Positions 1-11,024 are shown, numbered from the whole stretch's first letter. The stretch is 63,274 bases of DNA, filler included, from Octopus bimaculoides (GCF_001194135.2; 5 parts of 5 records of this genome joined end to end with filler, not necessarily neighbours in it); one strand, 5' to 3'. The notes: generated from the letters alone by a model not told the origin. Numbers and translations are program-made.

Positions 1-42
<42 letters not shown>

Positions 43-269
43 ATAAATAATATATACAAGTTTTCCTCCAATTTGTCGTTATCAATTTCATTTCTTCAAC
101 GCATTTGCCATCTTTTTCTTTTTTTATATAATTCCCATCGTACCTCTCAATATAATCAACATTCGGATAATCTAGATTTTCTAGATTCTTATATTTGGAT
201 TTTTCTTTTCCATTTCCTTGAATTATATCTATGAACTTGTAGCTAGAATAATGGGCTTTACTATTAGTG

Positions 270-800
270 CAATATCTGGTCACGATATCTGGTCGATTTG
301 ACTTGATTTCCTTGCTTGTGTGAGGGACATAGATAGTGTGGTTGCTTCGTCATATACTGAGACTTCTCGTGTATATTTATACAACCACTTTACTGTCGGC
401 ATCACATTTTATTGTAAGTCTCAACTGTATGAGTTTTAATGCGTTGTAACTTGCCTAAATCTCGGCAACCAAAAGCTAGGCTGATAATTCTTACTTCTCC
501 CTTCCAGATATTCTATAGTTTATTGTATTTTGTTTTCTTTTTTTCTTTACATGATTTTTGGCAATTTCTGGTAAGAAGATATTGACTCTCTGCCGTTATA
601 AAAAATTCTGAGGTGTCATGTTTGTGTCACCATCTGTCAGCCATTGCTAAAAATTTCCTTTTTTTATTCAAACCATGTAGAGTTAGACAGCTAAAAGTTT
701 TTCTTACAATCGTTCTATCATGGTATTCAGTAGCCACATATTTTAGCTTAGATTCAGTTAAGGTCCTTTGTTATTCATCCTTTGGTGATCGATAAATTAA
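270..800 (-). mobile_element. Highly decayed RLE-type (R4/Dong-like) LINE relic
   Basis: Minus-strand fragments read ...YHDRTIVRK...LHGL...W and KEIKSNRPDIV, resembling the RHD...HW zinc-knuckle region and the RPD endonuclease motif. Many stops and frameshifts. Confidence 0.35.
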
Positions 801-947
801 ATATCAGTTGAGCACTAGCATTGATGTAATTGACTAACCTCCGACCGTAGAATTTCAGATTCTTCATTTACAGAGTCACGTGATAGAGAAAAGGGAAGGA
901 CAGAGAGAAAACGGAAAAAATAAAAAAATAGGAAAAGCAAAAAAATT

Positions 948-1420
948 TCACAGCGACAATGCCTTCCTCAATACGTGTGACGTACCAGTTAAGACAATCT
1001 TTTGCACTTCCTGCATGGATGGTAAGCCAGAGATCACTCTTAAATAATTTTCAGTTCCGTTTTTGATCATTCCAAGAGCCCCTTGTAGCTGTCTTGAGAT
1101 GCCACATCTTTTCGATTTCGATTAGCAAATCTTTATAGTTCTTGAGATTATCAAATTCTTTTGACGAGATATTATGGTCACAGAGTATGCTCATGTCAAT
1201 CAATAAACATACTTTATTGCTTTAGACTTAGAGAACAATATCTGGTTTGCTTGCCTTGATGGTCCGTTCTGTACATACTGGAAGTCCCAAAAAATAGTTA
1301 CACTTTCTCCCTCAGTTACAGCTTCAGAGTGGTCCTTGTACCATTTGTCAGCAGTTTTGATTTTATAATGCCGACACATTGTCCAATGTAGATATTGGCT
1401 AACTCTGTCATGTCTTGATT
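948..1420 (-). mobile_element. R4/Dong-like non-LTR retrotransposon, C-terminal restriction-like endonuclease (RLE) fragment
   Basis: Minus translation with frameshifts: RHDRVSQYLHWTMCRHYKIKTADKWYKDH...IFWDF...TERTIKASKPDIV...LLIDMS...YKDLLIEIEKMWHLKT...GALGMIK...VQKIVLTGTSHVLRKALSL*. Confidence 0.85.
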
Positions 1421-1444
1421 TGTACTCTACAGGTGCTTATTATT

Positions 1445-1460
1445 ATGGTTGTTGTTATTT

Positions 1461-1511
<51 letters not shown>
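1445..1511. repeat. (GTT)n microsatellite
   Basis: Direct inspection. Confidence 0.95.
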
Positions 1512-1512
<1 letters not shown>

Positions 1513-1514
1513 CA

Positions 1515-3075
1515 GGGTGGTGAACTGGCAGAATTCTTGCAGTCCCAAGCAATGCTGATTTTTGTAGACGTTCTACCTTCACACTCGCACCAATCTTTTA
1601 CAGCCATGTTGGTAGTTGAGCGCTGATACTTCCATGTGCACCAATTACTATTGGTATTACGTCTGCTCTCTTCATTGACCACAACTTTCATAGTTCCCAC
1701 TTCAAATCGTCATAGTTATTTAATTTTTCTTCTTTCATATTGATCCTGTTGTCACCGGAGCATGATATGTTGATTGTCATACATGTTCTTTCTTTTATAT
1801 CCATCACAACAATGTCAGGTTTCCGATGTCTGGTCGAGTGATCGCACTGAATAATTGCATTCCACAGGATTTTATAATTCTCATTTTCGATGACTCCTTC
1901 TAGGGTTTTCTCATACCACGTCTTTGCTCTTTGTAGGCAATGATTTCCACAGGGCTCTTAATGGATCATTCTTGCCACATTGTCATGTCATCTTTTGTAT
2001 TCGCATTGTGCCAATTTCGGGCATTCGCTAGCAATGTGCCATACCCTTTTACTCCTATCACCACACATTCTACATTTGTCGCTATCGGTAGTGTTGTCTA
2101 TTCTGAAATCCATCGGTTGTTCCTGAGCTGTGCATATGAGTGTTTCTGTCTCTATTTTCAGGTCAGTCTTCCTCATCCATAGCCACCGGTCCTCTGTAAT
2201 TGTCTTGGCGTTCACATCTCTTGCAAACTGACTGTGGATTTTTTCTCTCCTTGCTTTTTCTTCTTTTTTTTTCTTTTTGTACATTTCTTGTTTAAATTTT
2301 TCTTTCGTTACACAATTTTCAGTTTTGATGACGCCGGCCTTCTTCGTGTGTTTCAACAGTGACTCCACGGCATATTTTACCACCCTAAGTTGTTTTTCTC
2401 TGCTTCGATACAGGCCTGGCAATTGATCAAACCTTTCTTCTGGACAAGTACAGCCTATCGGTGTTACTCTTAGGGTGGAAGTCTCTGTGTACTGTCAATA
2501 TTTTTCTCGTCTTGGTATCCATTTTCTTCATTTCTCTCTTTTGTTATTTTATAATTGCCGCTTCATACCGAAGTGATGCTATTGTCAACATATTAACTGC
2601 TTGGATTTTATCCCATCCAATCAATTTTGAGCGCAACTCCAACCTCAGTCTTCGGAAAGACTCCATGCTCAGTTGCTCTTTCATTTCCTTTTCCATTATC
2701 TCGTTGAACTCTAGTACACCAAGGTATTTGTATCCTTCCGTTTCAATTTGTTTAATCAAGTCTCTGTTCTGTAATTCTATCCCTGCTAGAAACTGTACCT
2801 TGCCTCTTTTTAGGTAAATTATTCCGTACTTCTTGAGTCCAAATTCTATTTTAATATCAGTATTAAAACAGGTGACCGTGTTCACCAAGGAATTTCCTTT
2901 TAGATGGTACCCCAGGTTTATTTTCCTAACTACCAAGGTCAGGGGTATCATGGAGAACAAAATAGCAACGGAGATAGGTTATCACCCTGGAAAATCCCTC
3001 TTTTGATACCTAGGGTGTCCAAGCATTTTCCGTAAGATGTCAGTTCTTTTTTCCATCCCACCATACTTCTCTTCA
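1515..3075 (-). mobile_element. R4/Dong-like LINE, 5'-truncated and degraded (RT C-terminal half, CCHC knuckle, RLE)
   Basis: GIKRGIFQGDNLSPLLF (RT motif), DIKIEFGLKK...GYKYLGVLE, ETETLICTAQEQ, CRMCG...HIASECPKLAQCEYKR, KPDIVV and VIPIVIGAHG...QKSALLGTARIL. Includes track ORFs 2544-2960 and 1988-2422. Confidence 0.92.
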
Positions 3076-3100
3076 GGAAACACGTTTATTATTATTATTA

Positions 3101-3131
<31 letters not shown>

Positions 3132-3132
<1 letters not shown>

Positions 3133-3650
3133 GAGTGAGAGAGCAGTGCATGCCATCAAAGTGACACTGGGGTAAAATATACGAAGCCCATTATACCCAT
3201 CATGACTATTCGTCTGATAAGGGTACACCAGGTACATGCATCACAACCATATGTGCGCGACATGGTGGTCTCATATCAAGATAAACAGCGCATGAACTCG
3301 CNNNNNNNNNNNNNNNNNNNNNNNNNNNNNNNNNNNNNNNNNNNNNNNNNNNNNNNNNNNNNNNNNNNNNNNNNNNNNNNNNNNNNNNNNNNNNNNNNNN
3401 NNNNNNNNNNNNNNNNNNNNNNNNNNNNNNNNNNNNNNNNNNNNNNNNNNNNNNNNNNNTCGTCAGCCACCAAGGGACATGCTCAAATGGTTATGGTCAA
3501 ACAACTGACAAGCAAATCTGTGGTATTAAGCAGAATATTTGCTGTAGCCCATCTTTTATACCAAGACAAAACAATGTACATGATAACATTTCCAATCAAT
3601 TAAGATCAGAAGCCATGAGAGCTACTGCCTGGTACTGCATCCGGGCATTT
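3132..3650 (-). mobile_element. 3' UTR portion of an R4/Dong-like LINE with (AAT)n tail, interrupted by a gap
   Basis: Near-identical to 51826-52370, which is contiguous with RLE-coding sequence. Flanked on both sides by (ATT)n. Confidence 0.8.
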
Positions 3651-3651
3651 A

Positions 3652-3685
<34 letters not shown>

Positions 3686-3934
3686 CATTTCATATATGCA
3701 CAACATATTAGACTGTTGGAAAAAATTCCTGTCATCAAGCTACGACAAGTAAACTTAGATGCCAAGAATCTTCCATCCATGTATCTCTCCGAGGTCAACT
3801 CTGCCATTCACTCTTTGGGGTACATAAGACAAACTACCAGTTAAAGTGTTGGAGTGGATATCGACTGACCTCCTACTTTCAAAATTACTGGCTTTGTGCC
3901 TAAATGAGAAACCATTACTGCCATTATAAAGGAG

Positions 3935-3936
3935 AT

Positions 3937-3971
<35 letters not shown>

Positions 3972-4003
3972 AGAAGAAGAAGAAGAAGAAGAAGAAGAAG
4001 ATC

Positions 4004-4039
<36 letters not shown>

Positions 4040-4075
4040 AACAACAACAATAACAACAATAACAACAACAACAAG
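3935..4075. repeat. Compound (AAG)n/(AAC)n microsatellite
   Basis: Direct inspection. Confidence 0.95.
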
Positions 4076-4629
4076 ACAAAGAAGTAGAAATATGTTTGAT
4101 GACAACTTTGTTATCTTCTCTTTTTGTATCAACTCAGATCTCAAATGATATCTCCAGATCATCTAGTGTAGCGTTCGTGTTACTATAGCTTCTGATGATG
4201 ATATAGTGCGACAGACACTGTCATTTTGAGATGATATAATGTAGTTCCACACTCGCTATTAACCACAGGCCGTATTGTTTAGTGTCACACTTTACGGGAA
4301 TTTTTACCTTTGCTGTAGCATTTTTATAGTATCACTGTAGCAGTATCACTAACCTCATTAACAGCACATTTTATAGAAGTACAAATATGACTATAATAGA
4401 CTCAGCAATATACACGTTAATAGTCAAATCAGGACTGGGTATATATATTATGTTCATAACAAAAATATACGTGAATTTCTTTTGTTTTGCTACAATTACA
4501 GCTACCAAGGATAATAAGCCAGAATATGGAAATAATTAGTTTCAAACAAACGAAAAGAAAACTTAGGTGATTTATGCTTTTTCTTTTAATTTATGGGTAT
4601 TGTAAATAATAAAAAAAATATACACTCAC

Positions 4630-4784
4630 GGGACTGTAGTTGAGCTGGTGTAAGGTAGACTTGAACCTTGGAGAAACGAAAAGTATCTCTAGTGTTGAAC
4701 CCTTTGAGGAGGAATAAGACTTCACTTTCGTTAACGGCAGTTTTGAAGAATGTCACGCTAAAGTTGATAACAACACTTCCATTC
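4630..4784 (-). CDS. Internal coding exon (155 nt, phase 2 to phase 1) of a host gene, encoding the C-terminal half of a SEA domain
   Basis: Minus strand: acceptor ttattattgtag|G and donor CCC|gtgagt. Open frame (x)NGSVVINFSVTFFKTAVNESEVLFLLKGFNTRDTFRFSKVQVYLTPAQLQS matches the SEA GSVVVxFxLxF strand followed by a helix. A phase-2 intron just before xGSVV is also seen in MUC1. Confidence 0.7.
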
Positions 4785-5119
4785 CTACAATAATAAAGTG
4801 ACTACATATATTTATATGTATTTGTCAGTGTGTATGCATGTGTATATGAGTGTGTATGTGTGTGTAAATGCGTTCGTGCATGTGTTTTTGTGTGTGTGTA
4901 TTAATGGTAATGAATGGGAACCACTCAATGCAAGTACTCAATACAAGTAGAAAGACATAGACAATTTAATTAGTCGAGTCATAGTTTTGAATTTTCTGCG
5001 AATTCGTACATTCTCAACACTTGCACAAAAGAACAATTACCCACACAGGCGATATATTCATGGTGAAATAAAGGCACATTCCCTTGACCTAAGCAGATCC
5101 TGGTTTAATGGTGATTGAA

Positions 5120-5249
5120 ATTAGGTAAGCTTTTTGAAACAACCGCATGACTTCGGGTACGGTCGCACTGTGCGGCACCCTGAGCTAATGTGTTTTCTAC
5201 TATAGCCTTGTGCCGACCAATACCTTGTGAGTAGATTTGGTAGACAGTC

Positions 5250-5303
<54 letters not shown>

Positions 5304-5453
5304 NNNNNNNNNNNNNNNNNNNNNNNNNNNNNNNNNNNNNNNNNNNNNNNNNNNNNNNNNNNNNNNNNNNNNNNNNNNNNNNNNNNNNNNNNNNNNNNNN
5401 NNNNNNNNNNNNNNNNNNNNNNNNNNNNNNNNNNNNNNNNNNNNNNNNNNNNN

Positions 5454-5518
<65 letters not shown>

Positions 5519-5735
5519 TATGTATATGTGTATATATTTAGTGTGTGTGTCTTTGTGTTTTCCCCACACTAACACACATCTATTGACAATCGGCGTTGGT
5601 TTGTTTACATCTCTGTAAGTGAGCGATTTGGCAATGAAGACCAATAGAATAGAATAAGTACCATGCTTATAAAAAAGTTAGCACTGGGGTTAATCTGTTT
5701 GACTAAACCATTTAAGGCAGAGCCGCAGTCTAATG
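5120..5735 (+). mobile_element. SINE family A (tRNA-derived, internal (TA)/(GT) microsatellite), diverged
   Basis: Aligns by eye to the copies at 12115-12568 and 54847-55120 (gcggcacc...ttctactatagcc...ccttgtgagtagatttggtagac, then ttgacaa...tttac...agaataagtac). Confidence 0.75.
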
Positions 5736-6520
5736 GTTGAAACAAATAAAACACATCTACTGCAATAGGAAAGACGTCTTAGATGATAGATGAATGGGCG
5801 ATAAATGAAACGACTTAGAATAAATAAATAAATAAACTGAATAAGTAGAGAGACATTTGTCAACCCAACCACGCAAGTACGCGACAGGTAGTCGTACACA
5901 TATATAAAAAAAAACAATAATTGTACTCAATTCAGCACTCAATACAAAAATTTAATGTCTAACATTTTTATTCAGTAACTAAATTATTCTTCAGTGCAAT
6001 ATATTTAAGAGTCTCACGATATTAACTACATTAAGCAATGACACTAATTCGTACTTATGAATCGTTTGCTTAAATAACAGTAAAACTTCTTTCAAATATT
6101 TCTGGAATTATCGGCACGTCTCTTATTTATAAAATTATGAAATGTTTGATTTCGTTTGAGTCATTTTGTACATTTTTGGTATTATAGAAGTATACGCGTG
6201 TCTGTATTTTCTTTTTTTTTTTTTTCAGCTGTCTCGAGAGTCTATGCAATAACGTGATTTACCAGTATCGTGTATATTTGGAGGAAATCAAAATTGATGT
6301 TTTATAAAAAGCAAAACGTAGATTATCATTTAGCCAAGAAAATCACTCCTACGTAATGCACTATAAGTGTCTCTTATAAAGAAAATTCCATGACTTTTTT
6401 TTTTCTGGTAAATACATATTTAGGTGTCACCTGTCTATCATAGTAATTTCACCGACTTCAAAGCTGCAAAATCTGAAGAGAATAGACTATGATTTACATC
6501 TTCATTGTATTATATGTGTT

Positions 6521-6560
<40 letters not shown>

Positions 6561-7065
6561 TGAGTGTGAATATGATATGTGTGTGTGTGTGTGTGTGTGT
6601 TGTATACAGCAGGAGGCCACACAAGCACACAGCAAGAAACACGTATGAATGCACGCGCATGTTTTCGCGGGCACAGGCGTGTGAGTGAACGTTTACATCG
6701 GAAAATTTTAAGTCTTGACAAATATTTTCAAGTTAATTAGTCTTTATTAATGACTATAACAACATATTAGCATATACGTTTGGAAAATTTAATTCAGATT
6801 CAGCCATACCAGCAAACCAAAATGTCGTGTATTAACTGAAAAGAATCGAATGTTATCCACCCATGGAAGTTACAAACACAATCAAATTGGCCACTGCAAA
6901 AAGAAAAACAGGGAATACAACTTGGTATTTTCAGTGACTCTTTCAGATCATTAAACTGTCTATGATATAGTAAAAATTATATCGACACATGCGTGTATAT
7001 CTCTTGTGCATGTGTGTACAGAGTACGAGAGTTAATTGACGATATATTTCGTAATTTCATAAAGC

Positions 7066-7284
7066 AATATTTACATTTGACGGATATTAGTTCTCATCTT
7101 GTTAGTTGTTAGCTCCAGCCTTCATCAGGTGCCTTGTGGAAATTTCGAACCTGGGTTCTCATTCCTAAGTTATTTTTCGATGTTATTATTATTATTATTA
7201 TGCAGGTCACAGCCTGGAATCGAACTCGAAATCTTGGGGTTAGAAGCCCGCGCTCTTAACCACTACGTTATATGCCCATGGGCA
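7066..7284 (-). mobile_element. SINE family D (tRNA head plus hammerhead-bearing tail); this copy has an internal deletion in the ribozyme
   Basis: Reverse complement matches 10739-11024. It lacks the segment gtatatcagccgaaacgttgtg. Confidence 0.85.
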
Positions 7285-7314
7285 ATAAAAGAGTGAATTT
7301 TAGGTCTTATAAAT

Positions 7315-7860
7315 CTGATATTTTCTTATCCTTCCTTAATACCGGTTCTCATATGCTACTCATATCTGCACTCGGTCTGCTTAGGAGGTTGTGTGTCCTA
7401 GCATATGTGCTGCTTCTTTTAGTTTTTGTATTTTCCAGTGGTGTTCTCTGTCTATTATTTTAACTTCATCCTACAGTGGGAGGTGGTCTCCATTTTTCCA
7501 TACATGATCAGCTACACTCAATTTATCAATATCTCCTCGCGTCACAGCTTTGCGATGTTCTATCACGATCGCTACTTATATTCTTTGCTCGATGTTTTAG
7601 GCACTGAGCAATTCCTCTCTTTGCACTGTATGGATGGTGGGAATTGAAGATGAGGTATCGTCCAGTGAAGGTCGGCTTGCAGTATACGGATGTCCTGAAT
7701 CCATACTTGGTGCGTGTTATTAATATGTCCAGGAATGCTACCTAAAACTGTTCTCCTGTATCAATACAGACATGAATTGGCCACTCCTCTCTACATACGA
7801 CTTGTATCGAGTGTCCTCATGCACTACAGTTCTGATAGTTTGATTCGACACCTGAAGTGC
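7315..7860 (-). mobile_element. Penelope-like element fragment (RT thumb fused by deletion to GIY-YIG C-terminus)
   Basis: Minus translation AFLDILITRTKYGFRTSVYCKPTFTGRYLIFNSHHPYSAKRGIAQCLKHRAKNISS, then EHRKAVTRGDIDKLSVADHVWKNGDH...EVKIIDREHHWKIQKLKEAAHML. Confidence 0.85.
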
Positions 7861-8352
7861 TTTGGAGGTGGCCCTCATTGATTTTTGAGGATTTTATCGA
7901 TAAAATTTTGAAATCGGTGGATGAATGACGATGCCCTTATAATGTCTGAAACATTGAACCCTTCAACCCTTCAACCCTTATTCCTATTTATCTTTTCTAT
8001 AGCCATCTCCCGCTCCACAATCTAGTCCTTGCTACCCTGCATCCCTCGTCCCCCTCCCTCACTACATATCCAGATTCTCACATCCTCACTCCCCAACCCA
8101 GTCCTCACTACCTTACTCACTGCATCGCCGCTTGCCCTCGTTTCCTCCTCTTCTATATTCCCAGATTCTCGCCAGTCACTGTGTTCCGCCACTCTCGACT
8201 CGCGCCTTCTTAGCGATACCCTGTTAGCACCTGCTACAAGTCATCTCTCTCTTCCTTACTCTACCATCCCATCTATGCCCTGATCCCCATTCCTTGCAAG
8301 TGTACCCTAGCAGTTATCACCATCCCTCTCTTGCTCTTGCAATCTTCTAATT

Positions 8353-8415
<63 letters not shown>

Positions 8416-8825
8416 AACTGTTTCTGCCCTCATTCTTGTTAACTCTCGCTCTTTCTTTTCCTCTCTCTCTCTCTCTCTTCCTATCTCTGGCTTGTTAACC
8501 CGGGATCTCGTCTACAGCAAGACATCTGTTTCTGCTTCTCTTTCACACTCTAATCTTTCATCATCTTACACAGGAGCACCTCCCCCATGCCCCCTCCCTT
8601 CAAAGACTTATTGTCTTGTAAAGTCACTTGGTAACCCCCACCAATGCAAGTGCCACTTAAAANNNNNNNNNNNNNNNNNNNNNNNNNNNNNNNNNNNNNN
8701 NNNNNNNNNNNNNNNNNNNNNNNNNNNNNNNNNNNNNNNNNNNNNNNNNNNNNNNNNNNNNNNNNNNNNNNNNNNNNNNNNNNNNNNNNNNNNNNNNNNN
8801 NNNNNNNNNNNNNNNNNNNNNNNNT

Positions 8826-8963
8826 AGGAAAAGCATCCAGCCGTAAAAACCATACCAAAACACACTCAGAAGCATGGCGCATGCTCCTACTTGTCCAGCT
8901 CCTGCCAAACCATCTAACCCAGGCCAGCATGAAAGGAGGACGTTAAACGACGACGACGACGAC

Positions 8964-8997
<34 letters not shown>

Positions 8998-8998
8998 G
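8826..8998 (+). mobile_element. 3' end of a retroposon with (GAT)n tail, probably RTE-clade LINE or a SINE sharing its tail
   Basis: aggaaaagcatccagccgtaaaaacc...aacccaggccagcatgaaaggaggacgttaaacgacga(tga)n. Family assignment is from recalled sequence only. Confidence 0.5.
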
Positions 8999-9614
8999 TG
9001 ATGGATAGCTGGATTCTCTTCTTTGAAGTTATTATTTCCTGATTTTGTTCTGTACATCATCAAAAGTACTTCTAATGAGGTAAAAAAAAAAAGGGGTTCA
9101 TGAATTTCAGTCAAAAGCCTGCTATGAGCATCAAACGGTGACCACCAGAATGTCTGAATAAGTGACAAAACACTATCTGAAAACTTGTATCCTATATATA
9201 TTGGTCAACAGCCTCATTTTTGACAAGTTTAAGTGGAACTATTAGTGAAAAACTCGTAGGAAGTGCGACGAAAATATTGGCACCACATAATAAATGAAAT
9301 AGTTTTTTGTGGGGTTTCTTTAATGGCAGACATTAAATAAAATATGTGTACTTGTGTGTGTATATGTGTGCGCGTGCGCGAGTGTATGCAAACATCCACC
9401 TCTCGGAAACGTTTAGCCTTGCATGTTTGGTTCGTGAGATGTGTCTCCTCATGCTTTGTCTATAAGGGCTAGCTCTTAAGTCACTGCTGGCTGAAGCTGG
9501 ACTAATAACGGGGTATCTCCTTTCGGTCTTAAAATATTTCCAGAAAAAAAGATAAAGGATACAGAGAAGGATTATTCGGCTGTAAATGTTATTGATTAGT
9601 GGGGCCGTTACTAA

Positions 9615-9770
9615 AGGTGGAGATGCGTGACGTAGTGGTTAGGGTGTTGCACACATGATCATATGATTGTTGTTTCGCTTCCTTGACGTGCTGTGTTCAC
9701 GTTGCTCCACTCCTCTCAGTGGGTAAAAACTAGTAATTTTGTGATGAACAGGTGTCACGTAGAAATATAT
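9615..9770 (+). mobile_element. SINE family C, degraded
   Basis: A-box-like gtgacgtagtgg and ttcacgttgctccactcctctcag, shared with 55618-55800 and 55880-56185. Confidence 0.6.
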
Positions 9771-10192
9771 ACGTCACAGACATTCGAGAAACCCGCCTTA
9801 TAGTCTATGAAAGACATTTAATCCACTTTTTTTATCCATAAGTAAAGACTGTAAAAGGAAGAAAGAACGATCTGCGTATGTCTTTCATTGACTACATTAC
9901 AGAAGTAGACCAGGAAAACATTAACCACTTTTTAAGACAGAACCGATAATAGACAGATACCTTAAACATGGCGTAAGTAAATAATAAATGTTTCCGCAAA
10001 TCGAACAAAAGAGAGAATTGTAAAACAAAAGTTTAATATTCTAGTAAATAAATTTTATTAGAAAATGTTATATCCTAAGGGGACTCTCTTTTCACTCCTC
10101 TTTTGCTATTACACTTTTAACAGATATATTATAAGAGATACTATAACAGACCGAACTCATGGATATATGCGGTTAGAAGTCAATGTACAGTA

Positions 10193-10412
10193 GGGCGGCG
10201 AGCAGGCAGAATCGTTCGCACGCCGAGGGAAATGCCTAACGGTATTTCGTCTGCCGTTAAGTTCTGAGTTCAGATTCCGCTGAGGTCGACTTTGCCTTTC
10301 ATCCTTTCGAGGTCGATTAAATAAGTACCAGCTGTGTACTGGGGTTGATATAATCAACTTAATCCCTTTGTCTGTCCTTGTTTGTCCCCTCTATGGGCAA
10401 TGAAGAAAAAGA
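10193..10412 (+). mobile_element. SINE family B (tRNA-derived)
   Basis: ggcggcgagcaggcagaatcg...gttctgagttcagattcc (B box)...gaggtcgactttgcctttcatcctttcgaggtcgattaaataagtacc. More than 12 copies in the window. Confidence 0.9.
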
Positions 10413-10413
10413 G

Positions 10414-10610
10414 CAGTTCTATATTTAAGAGATGAGGAATTATGTACATTATTTACATTATTTACATTTGACGGATATTTGTCCTCATCTTGTTTCTTGT
10501 TAACACAACGTTTCGGCTGATATACTCTCCAGCCTTCATCAGGAGTCTTGGGGAAATTTCGAACCAGAGTTCTCATTCCTAAGGTATTTTTTCGATGTCA
10601 TTATTATTGT

Positions 10611-10662
<52 letters not shown>

Positions 10663-10737
10663 CAGGTCATGCCTGGAATCGAACTCGGAATCTTGGGGTT
10701 AGTAGCCCGCGCTCTTAACCACTACGCCATATGTCTG
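10414..10737 (-). mobile_element. SINE family D, full length
   Basis: Reverse complement: gacatatggcgtagtggttaagagcgcgggctactaaccccaagattccgagttcgattcc...ctgatgaaggctggagagtatatcagccgaaacgttgtgtt...tcaaatgtaaataatgtaaataatgtac. Confidence 0.9.
10502..10547 (-). ncRNA. Minimal type I hammerhead ribozyme motif (in SINE D)
   Basis: GACTC-CTGATGA-A-GGCTG(GAGAGTATAT)CAGCC-GAAA-CG-TT-GTGTT, with one stem I mismatch. Confidence 0.6.
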
Positions 10738-10738
10738 T

Positions 10739-10810
10739 GGGCATATGGCGTAGTGGTAAAAGAGTGCGGGCTACTAACCCCAAGATTTCGAGTTCGATTC
10801 CAGGCAGTGA

Positions 10811-10873
<63 letters not shown>

Positions 10874-11024
10874 TAACAACATAGAAAAATACCTTAGGAA
10901 TGAGAACCCATGTTGGAAATTTCCCCAAGACACCTGATGAAGTCTGGAGGTTATATCAGCCGAAACGTTGTGTTAACAACTAACAAGATGAGGACAAATA
11001 TCCGTCAAATGTAAATAATGTAAA
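10739..11024 (+). mobile_element. SINE family D, full length
   Basis: A box TGGCGTAGTGG at 10746-10756, B box GAGTTCGATTCC at 10790-10801, internal (AAT)n, hammerhead motif and AAATGTAAATAATGT tail. Confidence 0.9.
10929..10974 (+). ncRNA. Minimal type I hammerhead ribozyme motif (in SINE D)
   Basis: GACAC-CTGATGA-A-GTCTG(GAGGTTATAT)CAGCC-GAAA-CG-TT-GTGTT, with one stem II mismatch. Confidence 0.6.

Noticed and set aside
6430-6471. 42-nt minus-strand segment that could splice in phase to the SEA exon (FCSFEVGEITMIDR|NGS)
   Set aside because: Weak donor (gtgaca) and it lacks the hydrophobic residue expected just before R-x-G-S. Several equally plausible chance candidates exist (for example near 6.85 and 57.0 kb).
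10739-10815. tRNA gene-like sequence (A and B boxes)
   Set aside because: It is the head of the multicopy SINE D. The acceptor stem does not close and it continues into the SINE body.
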